DNA from: Candidatus Bathyarchaeia archaeon
GTDB taxonomy: Archaea; Thermoproteota; Bathyarchaeia; Bathyarchaeales; Bathycorpusculaceae
DNA: 64,000 nt
Reading direction: 5' to 3'
Assembly: GCA_049521795.1 (NCBI GenBank)
Contig: JBEKOM010000004.1
Coordinates: forward strand, 81,261-145,260
The position numbers and the translations under genes were made by a program. The notes beneath the pieces are model-generated. The model made no database searches. It was not told the DNA's origin and was given only the letters and a program-made list of their open reading frames with translations. Every line of letters starts with the position of its first letter. Position 1 is the first letter of the stretch. Positions 20,372 through 30,409 of the stretch are shown here, in pieces.

Positions 20372-21283
20372 ATGACCGTCAAGATTTCAAGCTTCGACCG
20401 GAAGCATTTGCGGTTCTTGCCAGAGCTGATGAACGAGGAGTACGGAGGTTCTGCGGAGTTTATCCCTTTTGACGAGGAGAGGTTTCTCTCGGAGATTCAG
20501 AGGCGCCGTATCACAGTTCTAGTAGCCGAAGACGATGGACGCGTGGTTGGCTTCATCGGAACTCATTCAGATGACGGGGGAGAGGACATTCACTGGCTCG
20601 CCACAGGCAAAGGGCCGGAAGGCAAGGTCCTTAGGGACATGCTTGTGAAAGAGGTTGAGAGGAACGCGAAGGGCGACTCGCTAATGAGGATGATTGATGA
20701 AGGCAGCCCGGAAATTAAGGAGTGGGAGAGTCGAGGCTACGTCCTAGAACCGGGGTTTCAGCGCATGACCTCGGAGCTTCGCGGTCTGACGCGCGTTCCC
20801 GAAGTTGATGAGGAAATAAGGCTTAGAACCTTGAGGCCCGGCGAGGAAGCCAAGTTCGTGGAGACTGTCAACGCGGGGTTCGGATGGGAGAGGCTCGAAC
20901 TGGGAGACCTTGAAAGGTGGAAGGCTGAGGACCCACCGTTTGACGAGGGATGGGTTCAGGTTGCCGAAGCCGCGGGAAAAATCGTCTCAGTCGTCGTGGG
21001 GAAACCGGACACAGACTACAACAAGTACCTGCACTGCAGGATGGGGTACATGGGACCCGCAACCACTCTTCCAGAGTTCAGGAACAAGCATCTTGCATCG
21101 GCGCTCACGGCTAGAGCTATGAATCTTCTGTTTGAGAAAGGAATGAACACCGTCCGGCTTGGAACCTCAGAAAAAAACGTGTCTTCCATTGCTCTGCTGC
21201 GAAGTCTAGGCTTTCACGTCGAAAACGTCAGAAAAATCCTGCGCAAAAAACTGAAGGACAACTCGCCACGACAAGAAATGTGA
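20372..21283 (+). CDS. Tandem GNAT acetyltransferase
   Basis: Two GNAT folds; C-terminal PEFRNKHLASAL and N..SIAL..SLGF. Confidence 0.85.
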   Translation: MTVKISSFDRKHLRFLPELMNEEYGGSAEFIPFDEERFLSEIQRRRITVLVAEDDGRVVGFIGTHSDDGGEDIHWLATGKGPEGKVLRDMLVKEVERNAKGDSLMRMIDEGSPEIKEWESRGYVLEPGFQRMTSELRGLTRVPEVDEEIRLRTLRPGEEAKFVETVNAGFGWERLELGDLERWKAEDPPFDEGWVQVAEAAGKIVSVVVGKPDTDYNKYLHCRMGYMGPATTLPEFRNKHLASALTARAMNLLFEKGMNTVRLGTSEKNVSSIALLRSLGFHVENVRKILRKKLKDNSPRQEM

Positions 21284-21468
21284 CTTCCAACACGATATCG
21301 AGAAAGGAGCGCTATCAGGCTAGCTCGCGCTGTAGGATGCGTGAATCGACTTTTCAACGTGGCAAGGTGTTTTTTGCGTAGGGGTTGACTATCTTCGCCT
21401 GTTTCCACGATGCCTCGTTAAGAAAAACTGATATACCCAGAGAGCCAAATCACGAAGAGCGATAACTT

Positions 21469-22257
21469 ATGAGAAACTCGAAAGGGAACAGTCTAAGAAC
21501 TGGTCTGTTGGCAATTCTTCTGGTAACAGTGTTTGCTCCAGCACTGGTTCATGCTAAAGATTACAAAGTCGGCGTCAAAGCTGGAGACTGGGTTAAATAT
21601 GGCCAAATCACAATCACCTGGGCTGGAAACGGAACTGAGCCTTCATACATCACTGACGAAAAGAAAATGGACTGGGCGCGAATAGACGTCTTAAGCGTTG
21701 GAGGCACGGCAGTCAGCCTGAACTTGACTACTCACTTCAACAACGGTACGCAAACGTTCCAAAGCTCCGACGTAGACGTCCAAAGCGGCGGCGGGATGGG
21801 AATGACGACCCTCGTTGCATCCAACCTGACAATGGGAGACGCGCTTAGCCCACAGATACCCGGAACCACGATAAATCAAACCTTGACAAGAATGTATGCA
21901 GGAGCAAACAGAAAAGTCAACATGCTAGACTCCAAAAATAACTATCCAGGCTACCCAAGCGAAGAAAGAATCTACTGGGACCAAGACACCGGCATAATGG
22001 TTGAGCTGTACATCAACCAATCAGATTTTAGCAATCCTGGCGCATTCGTAGAACAGTCGATCATAGCAACCGAAACGAACCTATGGTCAGCAAATGCACT
22101 CGACCTCATACAGGACAATCTAGTCTACATTATCGCAGGCATAGCCGTCATAATAGTCATCGTGGCAGCAACCATCGCTATCCGAAGAAGAAAACCCCCA
22201 TCTTCCCAACAAGTTCTACCTCCACCTCCTTCCGCGCCTCCGCCAACGCCGCCATAA
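21469..22257 (+). CDS. Secreted, C-terminally anchored protein
   Basis: Signal peptide, GVKAGDWVKY, YWDQDTG, TM helix + RRRK + Pro-rich tail. Confidence 0.8.
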   Translation: MRNSKGNSLRTGLLAILLVTVFAPALVHAKDYKVGVKAGDWVKYGQITITWAGNGTEPSYITDEKKMDWARIDVLSVGGTAVSLNLTTHFNNGTQTFQSSDVDVQSGGGMGMTTLVASNLTMGDALSPQIPGTTINQTLTRMYAGANRKVNMLDSKNNYPGYPSEERIYWDQDTGIMVELYINQSDFSNPGAFVEQSIIATETNLWSANALDLIQDNLVYIIAGIAVIIVIVAATIAIRRRKPPSSQQVLPPPPSAPPPTPP

Positions 22258-22316
22258 AACGGCAGACTGTCGCACGCCACGATATCCCACCTTTCCTTTT
22301 GACTCTGCAGCGTGCG

Positions 22317-23069
22317 CTACATGTTCAACACTCTGGTCAGTATGAAAGTCAAGATAAATATCAGTACGAATCCAGCTGTGCACGTGATCACTGTGAGTGT
22401 TGGAGGATTCTCTTCATGGGCTTGTGGTAAGAGGTCACTTGCCCCTAGATACAGAAAGCCTCCTGCAAAGAAGGGCAAAAGTACCACTATGTAATTCGGT
22501 GGTAGTTGAAGGAAAAGTGTGACAACTGCTCCTAAGACTGGAGCAATGGCGTCCAAGAACAGCATTCTTAGAGAATTCCTCAGCGAGTTGCCGGAATTGA
22601 GCATTACGGTAACCGTGCTGAGTCCATCAGTGAAGTCGTGACATATGACGGCAAACGCGATTATTATCCCAACATGAATGTCTGCTTCTAGACCAAAACC
22701 GATTGCTAAGCCGTCTATGAAACTGTGAACCGAAAGTTCTGACGTTGCAAAAACTCCGCCGATAGGATGCTTGACCTCAACGTATTCACCGTCCTTGCTG
22801 AAAACATGCTCACTTATCAATCTGGAGATGATGTAGAGGAAAAGGAATCCGACAACTGTCAATGCCATGACGTCTTCAAGGAGCACGTTAGCGGATTGAG
22901 CAAGTTTGAAAGTCTGTGGCAGTATGTCGAGCAAGGAAGTAGTAATCAACACACCTGCTGCAAAAGCCCCAAGAATTCCGATCTTTTTCCTGTATCTTGC
23001 TGCAAAGACACCTCCAAACACAGTTGAGAAACAAGTAATAACAGCCAGAATAACCGCGTCAAAGTTCAT
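22317..23069 (-). CDS. ZIP family divalent metal transporter
   Basis: HSFIDG, HDFTDG, AGGFLY motifs; multiple TM helices. Confidence 0.9.
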   Translation of the reverse strand: MNFDAVILAVITCFSTVFGGVFAARYRKKIGILGAFAAGVLITTSLLDILPQTFKLAQSANVLLEDVMALTVVGFLFLYIISRLISEHVFSKDGEYVEVKHPIGGVFATSELSVHSFIDGLAIGFGLEADIHVGIIIAFAVICHDFTDGLSTVTVMLNSGNSLRNSLRMLFLDAIAPVLGAVVTLFLQLPPNYIVVLLPFFAGGFLYLGASDLLPQAHEENPPTLTVITCTAGFVLIFILTFILTRVLNM

Positions 23070-23225
23070 ACGAACACTAGGTTTTGGACCAAGCTACTTA
23101 ACATTTTTCGTTACTGTCGAAATTTGGACGCGCTGTCATGGCGTTCTTGACTCGACATCCTTGATGTCTCCGGCATACTGGAAGATTGAGACCCAGCTCC
23201 GCGTGGGTTTTGCGGGTCTGTCGGC

Positions 23226-23423
23226 TTATCTGGTTGCGGCTTCGCTCTTCATTTTTCGCAGGATCGCTGATGCTTCGCTTGCGGTGTTCGCTGAAGCGAG
23301 TTTTCTGGCCTTCTGCACGACGACTGTGTGGCCGCAGTAGGGGCAGGTTCTGGTTTTTGTTTCATTCTTCGCGAGCAGAAGACCGCCGCATCTGGGGCAG
23401 ACGACTATGAGGGTTGATGGCAT
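23226..23423 (-). CDS. Small zinc-ribbon protein (DUF1922-like)
   Basis: CPRCG and CPYCG. Confidence 0.75.
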   Translation of the reverse strand: MPSTLIVVCPRCGGLLLAKNETKTRTCPYCGHTVVVQKARKLASANTASEASAILRKMKSEAATR

Positions 23424-23493
23424 GTGTTTCACTGATCGAAAGCCTTTTCCACGTCGCACTAGATAACGCTATGCGCAAGAGGGGGAACAGCGG

Positions 23494-23868
23494 GTGAGCG
23501 GTGAAGCAGAGAGCAGGCCGAAGATGGATCCGAACCTGCTTCAGCAGGTGATTCGCTATTTTAAGAAGGATGGTTACAAGATTGAGCAGGACGAGACCTC
23601 GCTTGAGGGGTTCAGCGGGATCGCGCAGAAGTTTGATCTCATAGTTCAGAAGGGCCAGGTGGCGCAAGGCGTCTGGATAAGGGACTGGAACAGAACTATA
23701 GGCGTTAACGTCATAATTAACATTGACAAGGCCTCTTCAGACGTGGGACTTTCGAGCCCTATTATCATAGGTGGAAAGTTCAGCGGTCACGCGAAGTCTT
23801 ACGCGAACAGAAGAAAGATCACGCTGTTGACGAAGCAGCAGATCACGCTGAGGCACATGGTCAACTGA
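23494..23868 (+). CDS. Restriction endonuclease-like (Mrr-type) fold protein
   Basis: YF..GYKI, G.SG....FDL, IG..VI, FS..AK.YA pattern. Confidence 0.65.
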   Translation: MSGEAESRPKMDPNLLQQVIRYFKKDGYKIEQDETSLEGFSGIAQKFDLIVQKGQVAQGVWIRDWNRTIGVNVIINIDKASSDVGLSSPIIIGGKFSGHAKSYANRRKITLLTKQQITLRHMVN

Positions 23869-24451
23869 GCTTCACGTATTCATCCAGCAAGCCTTCGTTC
23901 TCAAGCTTGCCCAGCCAGTCGACCACGCCTACACGGCATTTGCTGGGATGGCGGAGCAGGAACAGAATCTGCTCAACTGTCTCTTCTACGCTTTGGCCCG
24001 TGACGTTTAGTTCGCATACTCTTCTCTTAGCAACTGCTTTCAGAGCGTCGAACAAGCAAACGTCCAACGCTTCGGAGGCCAGGTTCTCGAAGAGCTTTGG
24101 ACCCTGGAATCCGCAGTGTTCCATCAGTCCTCGCAGTTCCACTGGGTCGCGCCTCAAAACGAACACGCGCGTCACGAGCTCCTTGGGAACGACGTTGACG
24201 GCGTAGTGTCCGTCGATGACGATTTGTTTCTTATCTGTTTTCTGAATGATGCTGCGGATCTTCTTTTTCATTCGCGGTTCGTCAATGATGATGGTGTTTC
24301 GCGTCTCGTCTTTTCCTGAGACAAGTTTGTCCAGCACGGCCAGTTCTGTCAGGTTGACGTATAAAGCGTTGAGCTTAACCGTGAGCAGCCGCGCTGCAGA
24401 GGTTTTGCCGACGCAGGGAGTTCCGGTTAGCAACGTAACACGCTTAGGCAT
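23861..24451 (-). CDS. Adenylate kinase, AK6/Fap7 type
   Basis: LTGTPCVGKT P-loop, IDGH, VLRRDP..L..G...K..EN..E. Confidence 0.88.
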   Translation of the reverse strand: MPKRVTLLTGTPCVGKTSAARLLTVKLNALYVNLTELAVLDKLVSGKDETRNTIIIDEPRMKKKIRSIIQKTDKKQIVIDGHYAVNVVPKELVTRVFVLRRDPVELRGLMEHCGFQGPKLFENLASEALDVCLFDALKAVAKRRVCELNVTGQSVEETVEQILFLLRHPSKCRVGVVDWLGKLENEGLLDEYVKLS

Positions 24452-24552
24452 CGTCGATCGGTTCCTTCGCAGACTAGGTTGCACACATGGAAAGATAAGA
24501 TGTTTCCCGTCAACTCTGACCGGTATTGAAGCATCCGAAGCATGCAAATGCT

Positions 24553-25911
24553 TTAGGGCGGTTTGATTCCAGGATCTGGAGGCGGCGGAACCTGTTGAAT
24601 CGGCGGCGTGCTGGGTTTCGGACGCCTTCTGCGGGCTATGAAAACCGCTACTATCGCTATGATCACTATGATCGCGACTATTACTATGGCCAGATACAGT
24701 GTGGGGAATGATGATGGTGACTGCGGCATGACGCTGTTTCCAGCCGAGTCGGTTTTAACCAGGAAGCCATCGTAGATACCGGCGCCGTAAGAATCCGTGA
24801 AACCGGCTAACGCGTAGCCTCCGTCGCTGGTCTGAACAAGTGAGAACGCCTCGTCGTCTCCTCCTCCGCCGTACGTTTTGCTCCACTGCATCGTTCCAGA
24901 AGAGTAGGTTTTGACAAGCCAGAAATCGTAGTTGCCCGCTCCGTAGGAACCTGTCCAGCCGGCTAACGCGTAGCCTCCGTCGCTGGTCTGAACTATGGCG
25001 TTTGCCACTTCATCGCCTGCTCCTCCGTAGGTCTTGTTCCACAGTTGCGCTCCGCTGAGGTCTGTTTTGACAAGCCAAAGGTCGAGGCCGCCTGCGCCGG
25101 TAGAGTTCGTGTACCCAGCTACGGCGTAGCCGTCGCCGGTCTGAATCACACACTCTGCTTCATCGTCCCCTGAGCCGCCGTAGGTCCGGTTCCAAAGCAT
25201 GTTTCCTAAGGAGTCGGTTTTAACCAACCAGAAATCGAGGCTGCCCGCGCCGAAAGAGGTCGCGGATCCCGCCCACACGTAGCCTCCGTCGCTGGTCTGA
25301 ATAACAGAGTAAGCCTGTTCGTCTCCGGTCCCACCGTACGTCTGGTTCCACTCCATGCTTCCCGAAGAGTTTGTCTTAACCAGCCAAAAGTCGTAACCGC
25401 CCGCGCCGTAGGAATCTGTGGACCCCGCCAACGCGTAGCCTCCGTCGACGGTCTGGATCAAGGAGTATGCAGCGTTTTGTGCTCTTCCTCCGAATGTTTG
25501 GCTCCACAGCATGTTTCCAGAAGAGTCTGTTTTGACCAGCCATGCGTTGGTTTCGCCTGCACCGTAGGAAGTTGTGGTTCCGGCTAATGCGAATCCCGTG
25601 TCGTTGGTCTGGATAACTGAAAAGGCTCCATCGTCACCTGATCCCCCGTAGGTTTGGTTCCACAGCATCGTTCCAGAAGAGTTTGTCTTAACCAGCCAAA
25701 AATCGTAGCCGCCCGCGCCGCTGGAGTTTGTGTATCCCACTAACGCGTAGCCTCCATCGCTCGTCTGAGCAAGTGAATAGAATTCGTTGTCCCCTTTGCC
25801 TCCGTAGGCTTGACTCCACCCTGACGCGGCGAAGCCTGACCGAACGCACAAGGCAAAAGTGAACATGCTGATGACAAGAAGACACAGCAGTATTCGGTTC
25901 CAGCGTTCCAT
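24553..25911 (-). CDS. Membrane-anchored beta-propeller repeat protein
   Basis: About 7 repeats of W..TYGG.G.D.A.S.IQTSDGGY.LAG.T.S.GAG..DFWLVKT; signal peptide, TM helix and Pro-rich tail. Confidence 0.88.
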   Translation of the reverse strand: MERWNRILLCLLVISMFTFALCVRSGFAASGWSQAYGGKGDNEFYSLAQTSDGGYALVGYTNSSGAGGYDFWLVKTNSSGTMLWNQTYGGSGDDGAFSVIQTNDTGFALAGTTTSYGAGETNAWLVKTDSSGNMLWSQTFGGRAQNAAYSLIQTVDGGYALAGSTDSYGAGGYDFWLVKTNSSGSMEWNQTYGGTGDEQAYSVIQTSDGGYVWAGSATSFGAGSLDFWLVKTDSLGNMLWNRTYGGSGDDEAECVIQTGDGYAVAGYTNSTGAGGLDLWLVKTDLSGAQLWNKTYGGAGDEVANAIVQTSDGGYALAGWTGSYGAGNYDFWLVKTYSSGTMQWSKTYGGGGDDEAFSLVQTSDGGYALAGFTDSYGAGIYDGFLVKTDSAGNSVMPQSPSSFPTLYLAIVIVAIIVIIAIVAVFIARRRRPKPSTPPIQQVPPPPDPGIKPP

Positions 25912-26479
25912 GAACAGTCACACTCGACCATCCACGGTTGCTTTCTGATTCTTAAATAAGTTGCGGACACCGCTATCGATCCCAGTTGGACAGTGATAGC
26001 TTTGACTGTTCAAGGCGACGCCGTCCTCCTCTTCTTGAGGATAATGAGCTTTGGACGCGCAATTCCAAGTGAGGGCGATAAGGTTTCCATAATTCTTATT
26101 TGCGTACAAGCGCACAGAGTACATTGGGCTGGCGAGTCGGTGTGTGGCTTTCGAGCCTCGACGAGAGAGGCTTGAGGAAACTCCGCCCACAAGTAGAGTT
26201 GCAGCGTCCGCAAGGACGCAAGGTGAGAACCTTGGCTCCAGAGCAGAAACGAAACGTCCGCTCAGCAAGTGACGGTGATGCATGTTAAGTTGTTGAGGAT
26301 GCTGAGTGCGAAGCGATGAAACGGCTGACCTGCAAGTGGAAAGGGCAAGCAGACGCTGATGAAGAGTCTACCGGAAGCGCGGGTAGCCCGATTAGCCGAA
26401 TGCCACAAAGAACAAAAGGCGGGTTACGACCAACACGCCAGCTCTACAAGCAACCCGCCACCCCGACAACGTAACTGAC

Positions 26480-27370
26480 ATGAATAAGAACGGCATCCTT
26501 GCCCAATTCTTGATCCATTGTCAAAAAACTGCCTTGTCCGAAGAAACCATCAACACCAAATACAAAGTTCTCAGAGTAATGCTCACTAATAACGTCAACC
26601 TAAACGACTCTGACCAAGTTAAGATTTTCATTCACAACCGCAAACAATGGAGTAACGGACACAAAAGCATAGCCGTATTTGCCTATGATGAATACTGCAA
26701 AATGAAAGAAATCCAATGGACTCCGCCAGAATATCCCAAAAACGAGACTCTACCATTCGTTCCAACTGAAAAAGAAATAGACGCACTCATAAACGGAACA
26801 AGTACAAAAGTATCCATTACACTGCAAGCACTAAAAGAAACAGCGTTCCGTATCGGCGAACTCTGGAGATGTAAATGGACAGACATCGACGAAGAAAAAT
26901 CAACCCTGAAATGTAATCAGCCCGAAAAGAAATGTGCTCCAAGGGAAGTGCGAATCTCAAGTAAATTGATCGCAAGATTCAACCTTCTACCAAAAACCAA
27001 CGAGTATATATTCGGTAAAACGCGCATAAGTGCAACTCGAACAACTTTCTGCAACCAACGTAATAGCCTCGCCAGAAAACTCAACAACCCAAGACTCAAA
27101 CAAATACATTTTCATACCTTTAGACACTACCACGCCACTAGACTCTACAATGAAACAAAAAGTCTTATAGAAGTACAAGCTCGCCTTGGACATCGAAACA
27201 TAAACTCAACCATGGTCCATACTCATATTGTACAATTCGATGAAGAGAGCCAAAACTATCATCATGCAATAGCTCGCAATGAAAAGGAAGCTGGCGAACT
27301 AATAGACAACGGATGGACGTACATCTGCACAACCCCACAGAATGTAATGATGTTCCGAAAACGCAAATAG
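26480..27370 (+). mobile_element. Tyrosine recombinase/integrase, probably inactive (His at the catalytic Tyr position)
   Basis: FRIGE, HTFRH, LGH motifs; STMVHTH where STxxYTH is expected; A/C-rich composition unlike the core genes. Confidence 0.9.
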
Positions 27371-27472
27371 CAACAACCTCCCCCTTTTTTATTACCAACA
27401 CAAAGCGCGCAAAGCTTCTTAAATCAAACCAAACAAACGAATGAAAGAATGTGCTAAGCAAGAGACAGAGAT

Positions 27473-28107
27473 GTGCTCAAATTGAAAGCAAAGTCAGCCA
27501 CAGAGAAATCTGAAAAAGAGGTCCTTTTTTTCCTAGAGCAATACTTTGGCGCAAAAGACATCGAAATAAACCCAAAAGTAGGAGACAAGAAAGCTGACTT
27601 CAAGGTCAAAAGCATTGACGCATACATCGAAGTTCATGCACTTAAAGACATCGCGAGCGACCAAATGGATATTCTGTCACGAGAAAAGAACATCACTCAT
27701 GTGAAATTGAAGAATGATGGACAAAAGAAGATTCTAGACAGAATAGCAAACAAGCTGCTTCATGAGTGCGCTCAGCTTCCTGAGGGAAAAAAAATCTAAT
27801 CGTAACGAAGACTGAGGGCCGCTTCCTTTGGCCAGAAGACGTCACTGACACTATTATTGGAGAACCTCATTTGCTTATCAACAAAGAGAACATGCAAACA
27901 AGTGTCGGACGTGGAACTACTGCTTTCAGGACTGATGAAGAACTTCAAGAAGTGTTGCGGAAGATTTCCGCTGTTCTTGCATACGAAGCGATTTGTCAGC
28001 ATGGCAAATTGTTGGGAATCTTGGGAAATAACAAGAACAATGCTGAAGTTCCTTTTGATGACGAAACCCTTGCAATTTTCAAGAACTTCCTGTGCGATAA
28101 ATGCTGA
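27473..28107 (+). pseudogene. PD-(D/E)XK-like protein split by a -1 frameshift at an A8 tract
   Basis: KADF..YIEVH..QLPEGK in 27473-27799 continues in the -1 frame as NLIVTK..WPEDV into ORF 27871-28107. Confidence 0.6.
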
Positions 28108-28156
28108 AGAGAGAAAGCTTCATCATACAATTACAGCGCTCCAGCAATATATTGGC

Positions 28157-28194
28157 TCGTGAGCCGTTCGGCTCACTCGCACGTTCCAGACGAT
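28157..28194 (+). repeat. 38-bp hairpin-containing direct repeat, copy 1
   Basis: TCGTGAGCCGTTCGGCTCACTCGCACGTTCCAGACGAT, identical to 29256-29293. Confidence 0.92.
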
Positions 28195-28265
28195 ACGTCA
28201 CAAACAGCCGAGCGCGCGCTAGAAAAAACTCTTTTATAATGAGATACCACTTTAGTCCATGGAAG

Positions 28266-28700
28266 TTGTCCACCGAGAAGGGTAATCCTCTATTCGGAGC
28301 ATGGAGGCTGAAATCGCTTGAAACAAAGGCATCTGACGGATCTGTCTCCTATCCGTGGGGGAAAGAAACTTTTGGCTACGTCGTCATCAGCCCAGAAGGC
28401 TACTTTTGCGTCGCAATAATGAGCGCTAATCGCAGAAGATTCTCCTCACAAGATATGAAGGGAGGTAGCGCGGAAGAAAGAGCGAACGCTGCAGATTCAT
28501 ACATATCGTACTCCGGACCGTGTGAAATCGAGAAAGACAAGTTTCGAGTAAAGGTAGAAGTCAGCCTGTTCCCCAATTGGGTAGGCGGAATCCAAGAACG
28601 CAACTACAAGATCGAGGGAAAAACGCTCTCTGTATCGACTACTCCAACTCTTGTAAACGGAAAAGAACAGGTAGGCTACTTGATTTTCGAACGCGTCTGA
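28266..28700 (+). CDS. Lipocalin-like domain protein
   Basis: LFGAWRL.S, YISYSG, SLFPNWVG..Q.R; TTTTATAA box about 30 nt upstream of TTG. Confidence 0.85.
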   Translation: MSTEKGNPLFGAWRLKSLETKASDGSVSYPWGKETFGYVVISPEGYFCVAIMSANRRRFSSQDMKGGSAEERANAADSYISYSGPCEIEKDKFRVKVEVSLFPNWVGGIQERNYKIEGKTLSVSTTPTLVNGKEQVGYLIFERV

Positions 28701-28831
28701 AACTGATCGCGCGCGCAAGATCAAGCCGAAGTTTTGAAGCCCCAAGATCCAAAACCTGTAAGCCGAGCCTCTTCTAGACTTCGAAAATTATTAAAGCACT
28801 ATTACGCATATCATATCTTCTGGGAACATAA

Positions 28832-28924
28832 ATGCCGAAAAAAGACAAACCGTTAACTAAGAAAGAGCGAGACGAGAAAAGGAAGAAACATAAGGAAAAG
28901 CAAAGCAAAACACAGGCTTCTTAA
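28832..28924 (+). CDS. 30-aa Lys/Arg-rich microprotein, paralog 1
   Basis: MPKKDKPLTKKERDEKRKKHKEKQSKTQAS; homologous to 38880-38972; AT-rich promoter-like tract upstream, T-rich tract downstream. Confidence 0.65.
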   Translation: MPKKDKPLTKKERDEKRKKHKEKQSKTQAS

Positions 28925-29255
28925 GCCCCAAGAAAGAGCTTTGCAAAACTCTTTTTCTCTTTTTTCCATAAAGTTGGCTTCTTTAATGAAATGAAAGAAA
29001 GACGCGTCAGCTTTGGATATTATTGGCTTCCTCCATTAATGCGAAAGAAATATGTTTTAGTTTGTTTATTTATCGTTAATTTGTAGCTGAGATTCATGCC
29101 GAGTGTAATGAAACGTAAACAAAAGAATACTCAAATCGCACAACAGAAAAAGAAAGAACGAGATAAAGAAGCGAAAAAGAAACAGTTGAGACAGCAACTT
29201 CCTGCCAAGGGCAAGAAACGTTAAAGCCACTAAAGGAGCGCGCGCTCATCTTGGA

Positions 29256-29293
29256 TCGTGAGCCGTTCGGCTCACTCGCACGTTCCAGACGAT
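29256..29293 (+). repeat. 38-bp hairpin-containing direct repeat, copy 2
   Basis: Identical to 28157-28194. Confidence 0.92.
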
Positions 29294-29812
29294 GAGTCAA
29301 AGCCAAACCAACCGCACAATAAGCATTTCCGCCTGTCGCGCTCGCATCACGCTCGCGCTCCCACCCACAAAAACTCAAAACAATAACTAGCAGACGCTTA
29401 TCAGGTAAGGATAAGACTTTGCCCTCAGACTGTGCAGTTTTCTCGTCCCCCCTGTTTTTTTCAGTAACGTTTTTGGTAATGTTGTGTGGTAACAAGTCTT
29501 GAAGAAGCGGACAGGCGTGGGGAACAAGACTTCAGCTCTACACCGTAACGAACCAGCACTACTATCCTAATAGCGTTTTTTTCCTAAGCATTCCATTCTA
29601 GATCTCTTCATGGTTTTCTTGGCTGTACTCTCTATTGTCCGCTTCCACCCTGACGCTAAGGGGTCCGATTCTTGCAAGTGGCGGTAGGATATGAGACAGC
29701 AATTGCTCTGCACTTAGTGGGCGAAGTGTACCATTCAGACTGATCTGCGTCCAATCAGTCTTTTCTTTGCGATATTTCTGTGTCCAGCCGTGTTTGGTCG
29801 TGCGCGCGTGCT

Positions 29813-30184
29813 ATGGTTCAGATTCCGAGAATGAGACATGGAAGCAAACAGACAATTGAAACATTGATTAATGAAGAGGCTTACTTGTTTGCGAAGTTTC
29901 TGAGATGTGAACGAGAAACATGGGTTCCAAGAATAGTGAGCCTTCAAGGAAACATGGCTACTATCAGCACAAACCTCGGAACGTTGACAGGCACTGTTAC
30001 CAGCATAAACAGCACGGTCGCTACGATCCAAACAAGCCTCGGAACTCTTGAAGTCACTGATCAAGGAGTCAAAAGCTCGTCGGACACAACAGGAAACTAC
30101 TCCTTAGCCGCATCAGCCCTTTCAATCATCAGCATAATAATTCTGCTTGCCGTCGCAATTCAAGTGTTCAGAAAACATAAGTAA
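29813..30184 (+). pseudogene. Chimeric remnant: Cas1-like C-terminus fused to the C-terminus of a membrane-anchored surface protein
   Basis: IPRMRHGSKQTIETLINEEAYLFAKFLR..W.PRI resembles the end of archaeal solo Cas1 (from recall); followed by ATI.T.LGTL repeats, TM helix and RKHK. Confidence 0.55.
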
Positions 30185-30409
30185 ACCCAAAATTACCTAG
30201 TTTTCTTCTATCGTTCTTTCTTCTCCACAATCATGCGCATGCGCGCGAGCCCAATCCCATGACTAATGGATTTGACTTTTGCAGATTTGATAGAAGTGTG
30301 TCGATACGACAGTGCGAAAACAGAGAGGACTGAGTTAAAGTGGTTCTCGAGCATCTATGTTTCTTGTTCTCTCCAAACGCCCGCGCCCACATTTCAGGTT
30401 GTCTGGTTT

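Noticed and set aside
24720-25820. Tandem ~147-bp DNA repeats
   Set aside because: Fully explained by beta-propeller blades of the encoded protein.
25918-26288. Several short overlapping ORFs before the integrase
   Set aside because: No motifs or consistent coding signal in any frame.
26375-26405. GCGCGGGTAGCCCGATT upstream of the integrase, resembling a tRNA end or att site
   Set aside because: No cloverleaf, anticodon arm or TTC loop can be built on either strand, and no second copy was seen.
29094-29495. 133-aa minus-strand ORF
   Set aside because: Runs across a GC junction and the 38-bp repeat; low-complexity translation without a recognisable domain.
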